Below, piece after piece: positions 22,916-33,864 of a stretch of 64,000 bases of DNA. Within the stretch, counting starts at the first letter, position 1, and every line of letters starts with the position of its first letter. The stretch is taken from contig CAJFCJ010000044.1 of the NCBI GenBank assembly GCA_904063045.1, positions 1 to 64,000 of the forward strand. Reading direction: 5' to 3'. This DNA comes from Dimorphilus gyrociliatus (taxonomy: Eukaryota > Animalia > Annelida). The notes beneath the pieces were generated by a model, which was given only the letters and a program-made list of their open reading frames with translations, had not been told where the DNA came from and ran no database searches. The position numbers and the translations under genes were made by a program.

Positions 22916-25900
22916 AGAAGGAAAGGGAACCTGGCTGAAAGAATAAGGCAACCTCAACTAAACAAAGTCACTATAGCCATGATGGGACAGCATGACTCTT
23001 CATCAGAAAGTTCAGATAGTGATGACTCAGAGATGGAAGTTACTAATTCTGATACTGGTTATGACACCAGCAATACTTTCAAAACAGACAGTAATTACAG
23101 TCTCAATGAACCTTCAAGCTCATCTGAAAGTGATGACACAGAAACAAATAATGAACTGGATCAAAATACAGATTCAGAGGCAAACATTATCTCTGATAGA
23201 GAAGATGAAATATCTAGTTCAGACGATGAGTCAATAATTATTGAAAGCGAAATTATTGATATAACCCATTCGGATAATGAGTCAATAATTATTGAAGGTG
23301 AAATTATTGACATAACCCATTCAGATAATGAGTCCCTCATAGTGGTAGATTCATCCCAAGATGAGAAAGAAAATACAAGTGACACAGACAATGAGTCAGT
23401 CATATTGTTAGATGAGACTAAAATCATCTCTGAACAATTAGATTCCCAACAAGAAGTGGAACCACAATATATAGAGTTAGAAGATGGAATAACTATCAGA
23501 GTGGAACAACAACACAAAATTTTCAACCATTCAACTATAGCCAACACAGGAAGAGCTAACATGAAACAGATGTTGTGGCTTCCACTAGTGATGACTGTAA
23601 TGGTGATCTGTGGCTGCATCCACTCAATAACAGTCCCAAAACCATCCTACCAAGGTGCCCATGTTACAAGTGCAAACATTACCTTAACATTTAAACCACC
23701 GTTATACTTTTGTTCTAACCAACTACCAAGCCAGGCATTTGATCTAGCAGATGAGCCAACTTGTAATATAGAATCACAAGAAACCAAGACAATTACAGCT
23801 GATATCTATGAATTGAACTTGGAAGAAATTGAAACAAGAGCAGTAAAATGTCAAGTGTATCTAAGAACTAATTTTTACACTTACTATTTCTTTGGAGCAA
23901 AGAAGAGGAGAATTGTTAACTCAGTTATCAAAGTAACTCATGATCAATGCAGACAGATGGTAAAAGACAAACGATCTTTTCAAGGAAAACCTTTAATGGT
24001 GAAAAGAAACACTTGGATCCACCAAGATCAGTTTCCTGCTGCCTACACATGGCCAACAACTACCAAGGTGCTGGAATACACCACAATTATCCAGTTTGGC
24101 AAAGCATATTGGCAACCTCCTAATATGAAAATTACAACTAATCTGGACTACCTGGAAGATTGTTTACCAGGGCAGTCCTATTGTGAGACAGAAGAGGCAA
24201 TTATTGTCTTTAGAAACCTCAAGAATAATTACACACTTGGGCAACAATCACCATGGATAAAAATTAGCAACAGAATTAGTTGTATCAAATTTGCTGGTCA
24301 CTATTCTTCTCCAGGGTATTCTATTCTGGACATCCCTTATCAAGATAAGTTCATTGATGGAATTGGTGGTCCTGGAACAAAAGTACTAGTACCACTGGAG
24401 GAACAGAGTTTAATACAGGAAACAAGCAAGGAACACCTATACAATTTGCTACAATATCAGAAGATTGGCAAAAATGAAGAAAAACGACTATTAAACTATC
24501 CCAATAAAGTTAAAGAACAAATTATACTATACAAGCGAAACAACCCCTTACCAAGTCTTAACCAATGGTACAGAGAAACAAACACAAAGTATAAACTAAT
24601 GAGAAATAAAGGCACACTCAAGGAAGTTGTGATATATCATCTACAACAACCCATTAGTCCAGCTTACTGGGAGCTGGATAACTATTATATCCAAGAAATG
24701 CTGCAAGCAGTCAATTGGACAAGGGCAACAAGACAATCTGTCACGATTTCAAAATATGTATACAGTGAGAAAAGAATCAAAAAGAAGGTATTACCAACAT
24801 TGGGCATATGGTATAAAGGACCACCAGCCAGAGAATTTAAGATTACCTATGAAGGAATTTATTTTACTCTACACATGAGAATGGCTAAAAAGCAGATGAA
24901 GAAGGAAGCAAAACTGAAACATAAGATAAGTAAAAACCCATACCACAAATTCCCATTGGAAATGAGAGAAGCTGCCCAAACATCTACCTTACTACATGGT
25001 ATTGATTCAAATTTTAAGAATTTAAAAAAGTTTACCCAACAGCTGTCAAGTCTTCTCTGCAATCAATTTGTTCAAAGAAGCAGAATGATGGCATTACTAG
25101 CAAATTTGGATCCTCAATTGACCACAGTGTTAACAAATGAGTTGGGAATGCACAGTAGTCAGATGGGAGAATTAGCTATAATTAAACAATGTTCACCAAT
25201 AGCCTCAACAGAAGTAGTTTGTGACTTAAGCATGATAAAAAAGAATAACAAATGTTCTCAATTTTTACTTGTCACCATGAACAACCTGCTTTTCCAAGTA
25301 GAACCAGTTACTCATGTTTTACAGCAAGTCAATCCTGAAGAGATTACCTATAATGAGTGTAAGTCTAACAAGTTATTCTACAAAACAACTCACAACCCAT
25401 TAAATCCTATAAGAAACCAACCAATGAAAGACAAAACGTATGTGTATTATTCAGAAAGAGGATGCAGATTTCACACTGTGTCTGCAAAATCCATGCAGTT
25501 ACATATCCACAATCACCTTTCTGAACCAAAAATTGAAATTGCCAGATTAGCTGATCTACTCCACCATGGGGTAAAGAAGGATATTGCATACCAGCACTCA
25601 AAAATTAAGCAAGTTATCAGTTCACTGGAACAGAAGCAGGCAAGGTATGATAACATGGTCACTGTTGCAGAGAAAAATGGCATTGTACCCAATTTATCTG
25701 GAATTAAACAGTTTTTCCATAGTTGGTACTATAAACCTGGGAAAACACTTTATGTTATCATATGAAATATTTGTTTGAGTATTGTAGTGTCAATGGTATG
25801 TATCATCATTTTCAACTATATTATTGGAAGAAGAAAACAAAGAGAAGAAATTGCTACCCCAAGTGAGAGCACAGATAACTCTCCTGAAAACCCAAAACTA

Positions 25901-25981
25901 ATGAAACAAAGTTGTAGCTTTAGTCAACATCAAACTAATGAAGAAGAACAACCACCTGTAATTCTCATTAAATCAAGATGA
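22916..25981 (+). pseudogene. env: Acidic Ser-rich linker + Env B class III-like glycoprotein (hydrophobic leader from 23561), one in-frame stop at 25763-25765
   Basis: In frame with the protease C-half (ORF 22793-25765). MLWLPLVMTVMVICGCIHS leader, Cys pattern shared with env A, TM NICLSIVVSMVCIIIFNYII in the same frame after TGA. Confidence 0.9.
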
Positions 25982-25996
25982 AGGGACTCATCTTCA

Positions 25997-26011
25997 CAAA
26001 GAAGGGGGAAG
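25997..26011 (+). other. Polypurine tract of element B
   Basis: AAAGAAGGGGGAAG ends 1 nt before the LTR start TGTACA. Confidence 0.85.
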
Positions 26012-26012
26012 T

Positions 26013-26647
26013 TGTACAACTTTGGTTATATTTTACATGCTTGAACTCTATTATTTTATGCAACATATACATGTACATCTTAAAACCTACGCAAGAAAAT
26101 GCTATAACATTGGCCAAACATAAGTCTGATTTGTCAGCTTGAAGGCTCATCTTTAATTACCAATAAAGGTTTGGCCAAGTTATAATTTAATTAACTTGCC
26201 TAGGGTGTGGCCAAGTTATAATTCAATTAACCTTCCTAAATGTTGAACCTTGTAACATCCTGTTACTAAAGATAAATATGAACTACACATTTCGGCAACT
26301 GTAAAGTGATGATTGGATGTCAGAGACAAACCTCAAAGTATATAAATCCTCATTATTCTCATTTGGCATGCAGCTTCCATCTGGACCCAAGGACCTGGGA
26401 AAATCATCTGGAAACAACCTCCACTGGAACCATCCATCTACTCCTCAACATTGGAAGACAGTTTGGTAATTTGGCAACCTGCTATTACAAACTATCTACT
26501 CTGCTATTGAACTCTCATATTGTTACTTGCTTAAGTATTATTATTGCGAATAAACCATTTTAATTTAAACATTTGTTTAAAGGTTCGAGTAGAACCAGTA
26601 TTGTTATAACTTGCAAACGCATAGATTTTGCCAGCAAGAGCAGTACA
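26013..26647 (+). repeat. LTR-B copy 1 (3' LTR, 635 bp, TGTAC...GTACA)
   Basis: Repeated at 31494, 39102 (-) and about 48243. ATTGG at 26312, TATAAA at 26341, AATAAA at 26549, internal tandem duplication of TGGCCAAGTTATAATT. Confidence 0.93.
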
Positions 26648-27055
26648 CCACAACTGACTGTACAACAGCAAAAATAAATGACAGTAATATTAAGGAAGAT
26701 GAAGCATCACCAAAGAAGAAGAAAAAGTTTACCTTTATATCTAAAAAAAATAGAAAAGAAAACAACAGTCTTAATAATTAAAAAAGAAATTAACATTTTT
26801 TTGTATTTTATATTATTGTATTTTACAATGAAATTTCAAATTGCCATCAAATAGTTTGAAATGAAAAAAAATAGTTAATTTGTAATGTTAACACATTTTA
26901 AAATTTTGGAAAAAAGATACACTTAATAATATCCTATTAGCTTTATTTGCCAAAACTGAACTGTTGAAAGTTTTAAGAAATTAATCAAAAAAATGTTTTT
27001 TTTTTCTTGAGGAAGTTGTATATTACAAATATTCATTGTATCTTTTTTAGCAACA

Positions 27056-27370
27056 TTAAAATGGTTGAAAATTCCATTGCTGTAAATTATTTTCAAGCAG
27101 TATATCCTTAAGATTAATAATTACATTAAAAGTAATTATAGCTCTAACAATTCTTTGTTCCAATACAGAAGTTTCCTGGAAGTTGCTGCAATAATTTTCC
27201 AATTCATAGTATTTTGTCACCAGATAATTTCTCATTATTACAGCCTTTGGACATAAAAAGGTGTCATAAAGTAGTATATAGATTGCATTATCAAATGTAT
27301 CCAATGTATAAATTGAGAAAATCTGTTCAGCAAAGTAAGACATAAAATTCAAAACTTCCTCAATATCCAT
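27056..27370 (-). CDS. Orphan family Y protein 1 (104 aa, intronless)
   Basis: Paralogous to 27670-27999 (LYDxFxCP...MRxxL..K; RI..I..FNVII..K). Confidence 0.6.
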   Translation of the reverse strand: MDIEEVLNFMSYFAEQIFSIYTLDTFDNAIYILLYDTFLCPKAVIMRNYLVTKYYELENYCSNFQETSVLEQRIVRAIITFNVIINLKDILLENNLQQWNFQPF

Positions 27371-27669
27371 TTCTGTTTTAATTTTTTAGAGTTTACCATC
27401 TGACCCCAAATTGTTGACTGATCAGGAAATTGCTTTTTACACTCTTTTGTAAAATATTTTTTAGCATACAAAGCACTCTGATTTGTTAAAGAAATGAACT
27501 CAATTTATTTTTTTTATTGAAAATTATCACCAATTTTAAAAGACTATTAATAAAACAGAAGAACACTGTGTTGAAACTAAATTAAAAAATGATTCAAATT
27601 TTTTCAGAAATTTTTGATTTGTAAGATACAGAAAAAATAATATCAACACTGATTGACCAAATACAACTA

Positions 27670-27999
27670 TCACATACAATCAAAGAAATCTTCAGTTATC
27701 TGCTCCATTCCATATTCATTGAAAACTTTCTTTATATCAATAATTACATTAAACTTTACAATGGACTTGCCAATTCTCTCCAGTATTTCAATAGGCCATT
27801 CAAATGTATTAAGTATGATGTGATTGAACTTTTGAATTAAGAATTTTCTCATGCCTTTCACTCTTGGGCAAAAGAACTCATCATAGAGTATAGAAAAAAC
27901 TGGAATTTCAAATCTACCAACATGATAGAATGAGAAAAACAGATCACAAAAGTTTTCCATATGGCTTATAATATTTTCTATATTCACTGAAGTATTCAT
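27670..27999 (-). CDS. Orphan family Y protein 2 (109 aa, intronless)
   Basis: ATG-started ORF, clear paralogue of 27056-27370. Confidence 0.62.
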   Translation of the reverse strand: MNTSVNIENIISHMENFCDLFFSFYHVGRFEIPVFSILYDEFFCPRVKGMRKFLIQKFNHIILNTFEWPIEILERIGKSIVKFNVIIDIKKVFNEYGMEQITEDFFDCM

Positions 28000-28486
28000 C
28001 TAAACACAAAAAATTTTTAGAAATACACCTTGCAATTAATAATAAAATCTTACTTGTTAATAAAATATTACAGCCCCTCTTCAACAGTTTGATGGCTAAT
28101 GACTTTAAAGCTATAAAATATTGAAAACAGAGGGAGCCACAAGAACTTTAGTGATATTTTTTCTTTTGCAATTAATGAATTTTTTAAAAATATTTACATG
28201 TATCTTTATTTAATGGGCTTGATATTGCCATTTAATTGTTTTTTAATTTTCCCAATAATAAAGAATACTCTTTTTTGTAGGATAAAATAAGATTTTCATG
28301 TGCTTTTTTTCAAATATTATATTTCTTTTAAGACTAACAAAAAATCAAAAAAATAACAGATTTTTTTACACTTTAGCTAAATTCTAAAAAAATGTAGACT
28401 TGTTGTAACAATTTTTTTCACAATATCAAATAAAAGTTGCAGTGGTAACTTCAAAGTTATAGGATGAATTTTCTTGAAAACAAAGT

Positions 28487-28870
28487 TTAAGAGAATAATT
28501 CTTCAGGCAAATGTTCAGATCCACTTTCATTTAAGAAATCTTCCATATATCTTACATTATTAACACTGTAGAACATATCATATATTTTATCCAACATTTC
28601 CACTGAAACATCCTTATCATCTAAATAGAATAAAAGATCAACAAGTGCCTCTTCAGTACATATTAAAGAATCACATATTGTAGAATAGAAATAGTCTGTT
28701 TTTTCCATATTCAAAAAATCATTTCTTGAATAATTAGCAACAATCCAATTTAAATACTCCTGGGTCTTTTCAAGGAAGTAATTACTGAAAGATAGCAACT
28801 GACTGTCAGACATTTTTCTATGCAACCTTTCTATGGGAATTTGAAAATTGAAATGCAAAGCAACACTCAT
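28487..28870 (-). CDS. Orphan protein (127 aa), possible distant family Y member
   Basis: Same strand, size and tandem position. ICDSLIC and terminal N..Y..DFLNESG weakly align with family Y. Confidence 0.45.
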   Translation of the reverse strand: MSVALHFNFQIPIERLHRKMSDSQLLSFSNYFLEKTQEYLNWIVANYSRNDFLNMEKTDYFYSTICDSLICTEEALVDLLFYLDDKDVSVEMLDKIYDMFYSVNNVRYMEDFLNESGSEHLPEELFS

Positions 28871-29442
28871 TTTCTGGAAAAGGAGGAGGAGGAGGAGGAG
28901 GAGGAGCCTAGCTCATATGCCTTTCCCACAATATTTTTACATTTTATAAATGTCAAGATTATATAATGATAAGATAAAAGATAGAAAGTGATAAGGTTTT
29001 GTGGGAACCCAACCTTTTTCCATTAAAGAATAAAAAAGTTATTACCCAATACAAGTAGCTGTCAACATTTTTATTAAATAAACATTCTCATGACAGTTAT
29101 GCAATAGCAGACAAGAAAAGTTATTATCCTCTCATTTGTCTTAAAGCTCTTGAAGAGGAGAAGATGGCATCTAATGGTCTAAAGTGGTTTATGCCAGAAA
29201 ATTTTGGAACACTTTGTAAAACAAGAAAACTTCTAAGGGAGCAGTTGAAGTATATTTATAATATACATTATAATGTTAATACATTTAAAGGTAATGTTCT
29301 TTGGGGAGACTTTAATTACTTTTCCCTTTTAAAAATATTAATAACATAAATTTTAACAGAATTTGAGGATAAAGATGAAAAGAGTTTTAACTTTGATCAA
29401 ATCAATTTAATTGGTGATGTAGGAGTTAATGACTTTAAGAAT

Positions 29443-30117
29443 ATGGGGATTAATCCTTTTATTAAGAGTTTTTACAAACTGGAAGAACTAAAAGAGCAAT
29501 TCAAAATTGATAAAATAAATTTTTATCAGAACCAACTGAATTTAGAAATGTATCCTCAATTAACTCAACTAATTAATGTTGTGGATGAAGAAAAAGATTT
29601 TAATGAAGTTTTAAAATCTATCAGAAATTTAACAATTCATGAAAATGAAAATAAGTTTAGCAAGTTAACAAAAGATAAACAAGACTCTTTATTTCAAGAC
29701 TTGGAACAAAATCTTTGGGATATATTTTATAAATTAAAAAATGACAAAACAAGTGATAGAGAGGAAATGGAAGAAGAATCTCAAGAACAAAACAACAATT
29801 TGGTAGAAGATGATGATGATGTTGAATATATTGAAATGGAAATTGGTCAAACTGTTGGAGCTAATGGAGAAGAGAAAGAGGAAGAACAAGTTGAGGAGGA
29901 TGAGGATAGTGAAGATGAGGATAGTGAAGATGAAGAGGAAGATACTGAAAATGAGGCAGAAAGAGAAGATGTTGAGAAGAAAACAATTGTGTATTATGAT
30001 ATTGGTGATAGTGATGATAGTGATGATAGTGATAGCAATGATGATGAAGAATTAGAAAAAGATGCAGATTTCAGAATGATAATTAAAAGAGAAATCAATA
30101 ACCTCACTCTAAATTAA
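29443..30117 (+). CDS. Orphan acidic (D/E-rich) protein, 224 aa
   Basis: Open ATG ORF with a helical-looking N-half and a poly-D/E C-half. Confidence 0.55.
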   Translation: MGINPFIKSFYKLEELKEQFKIDKINFYQNQLNLEMYPQLTQLINVVDEEKDFNEVLKSIRNLTIHENENKFSKLTKDKQDSLFQDLEQNLWDIFYKLKNDKTSDREEMEEESQEQNNNLVEDDDDVEYIEMEIGQTVGANGEEKEEEQVEEDEDSEDEDSEDEEEDTENEAEREDVEKKTIVYYDIGDSDDSDDSDSNDDEELEKDADFRMIIKREINNLTLN

Positions 30118-30277
30118 CTTGATTAAAATGTTTTTCAATTGTATTGTTTATTTTGAAAAAAAATTAGTACTTTTTTTTTTAATTGTATTTTGTAATATTC
30201 TTTTTTCTTTTAATGTAAAAAATACTGTTTAAATTAGATTACAAATAGTTTGTTATATTTCAAAAAAAATAAACACA

Positions 30278-31135
30278 TTACTTTTGAAATTTTAATACCA
30301 ACTTTAAACATTCATCAAAGAAAATTTTTTGTGTTTTATCTGAAAGATCATATGATTTTTTACTAACAAAAGGATAATCAAAGTAGCCCAATCCTTCTAA
30401 ATTTGTAAAGTTAACAACAATAATTTTTTTCCTTTTTAAAATTTCAATCAAATGTTGACTTTCATCACTTAACTTTTTCTTTGTAAATGGAATGCAAATT
30501 ACAACTTTTTTTCCTTCCTGTAAACATTTGCTTACTGTTTCAAGACATAACTTATTTAAATCATACAATGATTTTACATATATAAATACATAGCTAAATG
30601 TCATTTTCCAACAACTTAAAATTGTTGATACAACATTAAAATTTAATTCATGAATATTAATTGCAAAGAAATCTAAATTGCATTTAAATTTGATTGGAAT
30701 TTGATGAAGATATTTAAATGAAATTGAACTAAGTGTAAAATCATTTAAAATTATTACATCTGAATTTATATCTATGTTTGGAGGGTGACATTTGATACAA
30801 TTAATTGCTTCTTCTTCATTGCTAAAATAGTTTTCTTTTCTATGTAACAATTTCCTTATTTCAGTAATTTTTTCATTGTCAATTCTTCTATTAAAAACAT
30901 GAGCATTGAATGAAAAACTATAATCATCTGTTATCTCCTTTAATAATTCAATAATTGGTTTATTGTTAGAATCATTTCTGTCTGTTGATGTGGTTGGTAA
31001 CTCACAATTATCCTCATCCTCCTCTTCAAACATATCTCCATTTTCATCCATCAAAAATTTGGGTGGTGAGTAAGTTTCTGGATCCATAATGTTATGTGTA
31101 ATGTATTCCTTTAACAGAACAATACTTAATATCAC
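30278..31135 (-). CDS. Orphan family X protein, distant member
   Basis: 285-aa ORF. Acidic N-terminus, then alternating beta/alpha pattern (VIILNDF, FFAINI, CWKM..VFIYVK) loosely matching TILTDQF, FCIE, W.L...+.+Y+K of other X copies. Confidence 0.5.
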   Translation of the reverse strand: MILSIVLLKEYITHNIMDPETYSPPKFLMDENGDMFEEEDEDNCELPTTSTDRNDSNNKPIIELLKEITDDYSFSFNAHVFNRRIDNEKITEIRKLLHRKENYFSNEEEAINCIKCHPPNIDINSDVIILNDFTLSSISFKYLHQIPIKFKCNLDFFAINIHELNFNVVSTILSCWKMTFSYVFIYVKSLYDLNKLCLETVSKCLQEGKKVVICIPFTKKKLSDESQHLIEILKRKKIIVVNFTNLEGLGYFDYPFVSKKSYDLSDKTQKIFFDECLKLVLKFQK

Positions 31136-31493
31136 AGTTTAAATTTATACATAATGGAAGTAGTCATATTCAGTTTCACACATAAACTTCTTCTATTACA
31201 TAATAAAATCAAATTTAACAAAAATATTCCCATGAGAAAATTAATTAAGGAAAGGGTTTTTCTTAAATAAAATATAAATGCTAATTAGTTGAACAGTAGT
31301 TGTAACTCCCAATTAGATACTTTTCCATAAGTCACATTTTTATTAATATACAATTTCGTCACAAAAACCTTAAATTTCTTATTAATTGTCACAGAATATT
31401 CAAATTTGGTACAATAAAGGATAATATTACGCTGATCTCAAATCTTTTTCCAGAATTCAATTATCTTTTATGGTTCAAGAGTTATGGCGCTAT

Positions 31494-32090
31494 TGTACAA
31501 CTTTGGTTATATTTTACATGCTTGAACTCTATTATTTTATGCAACATATACATGTACATCTTAAAACCTACGCAAGAAAATGCTATAACATTGGCCAAAC
31601 ATAAGTCTGATTAGTCAGCTTGAAGGCTCATCTTTAATTACCAATAAAGGTTTGGCCAAGTTATAATTTAATTAACTTGCCTAGGGTGTGGCCAAGTTAT
31701 AATTCAATTAACCTTCCTAAATGTTGAACCTTGTAACATCCTGTTACTAAAGATAAATATGAACTACACATTTCGGCAACTGTAAAGTGATGATTGGATG
31801 TCAGAGACAAACCTCAAAGTATATAAATCCTCATTATTCTCATTTGGCATGCAGCTTCCATCTGGACCCAAGGACCTGGGAAAATCATCTGGAAACAACC
31901 TCCACTGGAACCATCCATCTACTCCTCAACATTGGAAGACAGTTTGGTAATTTGGCAACCTGCTATTACAAACTATCTACTCTGCTATTGAACTCTCATA
32001 TTGTTACTTGCTTAAGTATTATTATTGCGAATAAACCATTTTAATTTAAACATTTGTTTAAAGGTTCGAGTAGAACCAGTATTGTTATAA
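31494..32090 (+). repeat. LTR-B copy 2, lacking the last ~38 bp, inserted into a 182-bp repeat unit
   Basis: Nearly identical to 26013-26610. Confidence 0.92.
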
Positions 32091-32382
32091 TTCACTGTCA
32101 TTGCAACATGGACAATGTTAACTTTGACTAAGAAAAGCCCTCTCATGACTGCTATCAGTATTATTATATAACTGAAAGATAAATGATAGAAAAATAGTTG
32201 TTTTTCTTGTGGGAACCAAATTCCTTACATGAAAAAATTTAATAACACATTGCCCAATACAAGATGCTGTCAACTGTTTTCAAAAGAATTATTCACATGT
32301 CAATTATGTAATTGCAGAGGATATAAAACAATCTACAAATGTTTTGCTTCATCATTCACATTCAAACACTTGACAGAAAAAG

Positions 32383-32739
32383 ATGGCTAAAAACTTATGG
32401 AATAAACTGTGGAATTTAGAAACCAGTATCAACTCCTCTGATAAGAAAGATGAAGATCAAGAGACCAAGTTAGAAGACTTTGAAAATGAATATATATCTG
32501 ATGATGCAAGTGAAGATTCAAGTAGTGAAACCAATTATGAAGGTTATGATAATGGTAATGATATTAATAATGAAAGTGATTACCAGGCCAGTGATAATAA
32601 TTCTGAAAGTGATTATAGTGGCAGTGATATCAATAATGATGATACTGAAAGTAATCATAGTGAGGATGAAGTGATTGAAAAGGAAACACACTTTACCATA
32701 ATAATTAAAGGAAAAATTAGGATTTTATCCAAAAAATAG
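32383..32739 (+). CDS. Orphan acidic S/D/E/N-rich ORF (118 aa)
   Basis: Low-complexity ORF, positionally equivalent to 29443-30117. Confidence 0.35.
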   Translation: MAKNLWNKLWNLETSINSSDKKDEDQETKLEDFENEYISDDASEDSSSETNYEGYDNGNDINNESDYQASDNNSESDYSGSDINNDDTESNHSEDEVIEKETHFTIIIKGKIRILSKK

Positions 32740-33039
32740 CTTTTAAGGAACTGTTTTTCAAATTTTCCAGCATTTTTATGTACTTCTTTCTTTATTTAGC
32801 ATGAGTGTGAAAAAATTTTGTCCTTATATCAATCATTCTTAAAGCAAAAATACAAATGTTTATTCAAATTTACTTTTCTTTTTATTTTAAGTAGAAATAT
32901 TTCTATATTCTTTTTTCAAGTCATTTTTCAGAAAATAGTATAAGTTAGATTGTATTATTCAGATATGATATTTTGTTTATTTAATTAAATGCAATATTTT
33001 CCATTTCAAACAACTAATCTCTAAATTTTGAACTATAAA

Positions 33040-33570
33040 TCTTATTTAGACCTGTGTATAAAATTTTGCTACTGAAAATTAATCATTCTTATTAATTGTC
33101 ACCAAGGATTGAAATTTGGTACATTATTTGATATTATTACACCAATATCAAATCTTTTTACAGAATTCAATTATCTCTTATGGTTCAAGAGTTATGGCAC
33201 TATAAAGTTTGATCAATATTTTGTCATACAAGGCTATGTAATAAATATTCGTCATGTAAAAACTAACTTTGTTATTTGTAAATGTAGGAATTTGAAATTT
33301 GGTAAATAGCTCAATTTTGGTATGCCGATGTCAAATTTTTTTTACAGAATTCAATTATCTTTTACCAGTCAAGAGTTATGGCGCCCCAAAGCTAGGTCAA
33401 TATTTGTTGACATAAGATTATATTTTAAACATTTGTCAGATGAACACTGACATTCTTATTAAAAACAGTTGTTTATTGAAATTTGGTACATTAACTAATA
33501 TTAGTATGGCAATCTCAAATCTATTTAAAAATTTTAATTATCTATAACAATTTTTAAGCTATGGCCCAGT
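33040..33570 (+). repeat. Array of three ~182-bp units (also 35020-35520; single units at 31355-31493 and about 62450-62540)
   Basis: AAATTTGGTA...CAGAATTCAATTATCT...GAGTTATGG recurs. GAATTC at 33163/33347 and 35117/35300. Confidence 0.85.
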
Positions 33571-33864
33571 AAATATAATTAATGGAATAAATTAATGTCA
33601 ACATTTGTTCAATTTTTTAAATACATGTATATAAGAATATTCAAGAAAGGAAATTAAGAAATTAATTCTTTATTCTTTTAAAGATTGATTCAGATCATTC
33701 ATTAAAGAGATGCTCTTATTTTTTACATGTCTCATTTGATTTCCAAATATTTTATATATATTTATTACAAAAGCGAAAAAAGCAACATTAAAAAAAATAA
33801 GAATTAATAATTAACAAACTACACATATATTTATAAACAAGTAAAAGGTAAAACAATGACAAAA

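Noticed and set aside
22992-23619. Alternative-frame and antisense ORFs over the linker (also 17360, 17671, 34352, 37636, 40696, 41262, 45471)
   Set aside because: Shadows of real coding frames with low-complexity codon bias.
26306-26563. 85-aa ORF repeated at 31787, 39185 and 48295
   Set aside because: Lies inside LTR-B across its TATA and poly(A) signals. Identity reflects LTR copying, not a gene.
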